This document shows, one piece after another, positions 62,873 through 64,000 of a stretch of DNA of 64,000 nt. Position 1 is the stretch's first letter; each line of letters opens with the position of its first letter. The notes beneath the pieces are model-generated. The model was not told the origin of the DNA and searched no databases. It saw only the letters and a list, made by a program, of their open reading frames with translations. The stretch comes from Tubulanus polymorphus (lineage: Eukaryota > Animalia > Nemertea): NCBI RefSeq assembly GCF_964204645.1, contig NC_134032.1, positions 558,001-622,000 of the forward strand, given 5' to 3'. The translations under genes were made by a program, and so were the position numbers.

Positions 62873-64000
62873 GTAATTACTCTTCTCACTCGGTTCTCTC
62901 TAATTATTGTCAGTCTGCCTATAAATACTGATTAGTAACGAAAGCTTGTGCGTCAAATAAACCTATATTGTATACTTATACTTGTCTCGTTATAATTATT
63001 CTAAACCCGGTTTATACCCCAGGCTCCTCTACGGAATAAGGGAACATCGTGTTTTAATTCCTGATTCGGACCCACTGTCTCAGCCTTCGTCAGTGGACAC
63101 AGGACGGGCTGGATTCGAACCCTTGAAAGCAGCAGGCCCATTTCTCTCGGACATTGAGGGAAACTTCTAAGACTAAGATTCGATTTTCAGCCTTCTTTGA
63201 CGAAGAGAACTTCAGTGGGACAATACTCAGAATTCGAACTTGTGGAATGAATTTGTTTTGGGAATTTTCTGCGAAAGCTTCATTTTTCTAGAGGAAAATA
63301 AATCAATTTCATATCGGTAACTATTAAGACGAGTAATAGGAAAAATTGTGCCGAAATTGAGAGTATTGAAACAAACACAGCTAACCTACACGGCTGTTTG
63401 GAATCAGTCGTTTCGGGATGAAAAATTTGCAGAAAATTCCGAAACATTTTCATTCCACCACGAGGAGACTGAAATTGACTGGTGACCCACGTACACTGGG
63501 CGAACTTTGGTTATCGGAGCTAGTCGCGACTATAGTCGAACTAAGTGAAACCGAATGTCAGTTAGTCGGAACCATAGTCCGGAAATAGTTCGGAAATAAA
63601 GCGCATTCGGTTATTAGTTCCGACCACTAGTCGACTAGATACGAGAACTGAATTTGGCCCTTACTGAGGAACTAGGATTCTGACCCGGCGGACACGACCA
63701 TCAGCCAGGAACAAGATAGTCCCGACCAGTTTGACCAGTGTGTGGTCGGCGGATGAGAGAGGATTAATGTACAAGGCAAGCCACATCGGAGCCTCGCTTG
63801 GAAGGTCTCCGCTGAAGGCGCTGCTTCAGTCTGATTACTCCGTCATACAATCCACCTTTTTTCAACCCAATATTCCCAGGCGTGGGTCCAGGGGAAGCTT
63901 TGGGTGCTGCAGCACCCCCGCCTAAAGCCCATCGCACACGTTTGCGATATATTTCATAATCTTATGCGATCTTACGCCAATACGATCGTCAAAGGTGATT

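Noticed and set aside
61254-63925. Short ORFs and a possible LTR/PBS near the window end
   Set aside because: No recognisable domain, no paired LTR and no splice chain could be established.

Overview
AT-rich animal genomic DNA from an invertebrate, probably a marine spiralian (inferred; the organism cannot be fixed from the sequence alone). The right half (~33-64 kb) is ordinary gene space. It holds EBAG9/RCAS1 (+, 4 coding exons) and, convergent with it, CCDC60 (-, 15 coding exons that chain in phase), with introns full of MITEs, SINEs and minisatellites. The left half (~1.5-29.3 kb) has no intact host gene. It is a dense collage of short, abutting, mostly degraded fragments: parvovirus-like SF3 helicase, Polinton/Maverick-type pPolB, Ty3/gypsy-like env, integrase and LTR pieces, a Ulp1/C48-like protease, orphan virus-like ORFs and CUB-domain pieces. 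Nearly all are sense on the + strand, several occur as independent diverged variants, and some blocks were later tandem-amplified (~0.95 kb x3; ~2.2 kb x3.4). An intronless vasa pseudogene fragment lies in the opposite orientation. Candidate minus-strand promoters at ~31.7 and ~34 kb point into the collage. Best hypothesis: a uni-strand, piRNA-cluster-like archive of virus and transposon sequences. This is inference and needs small-RNA data.
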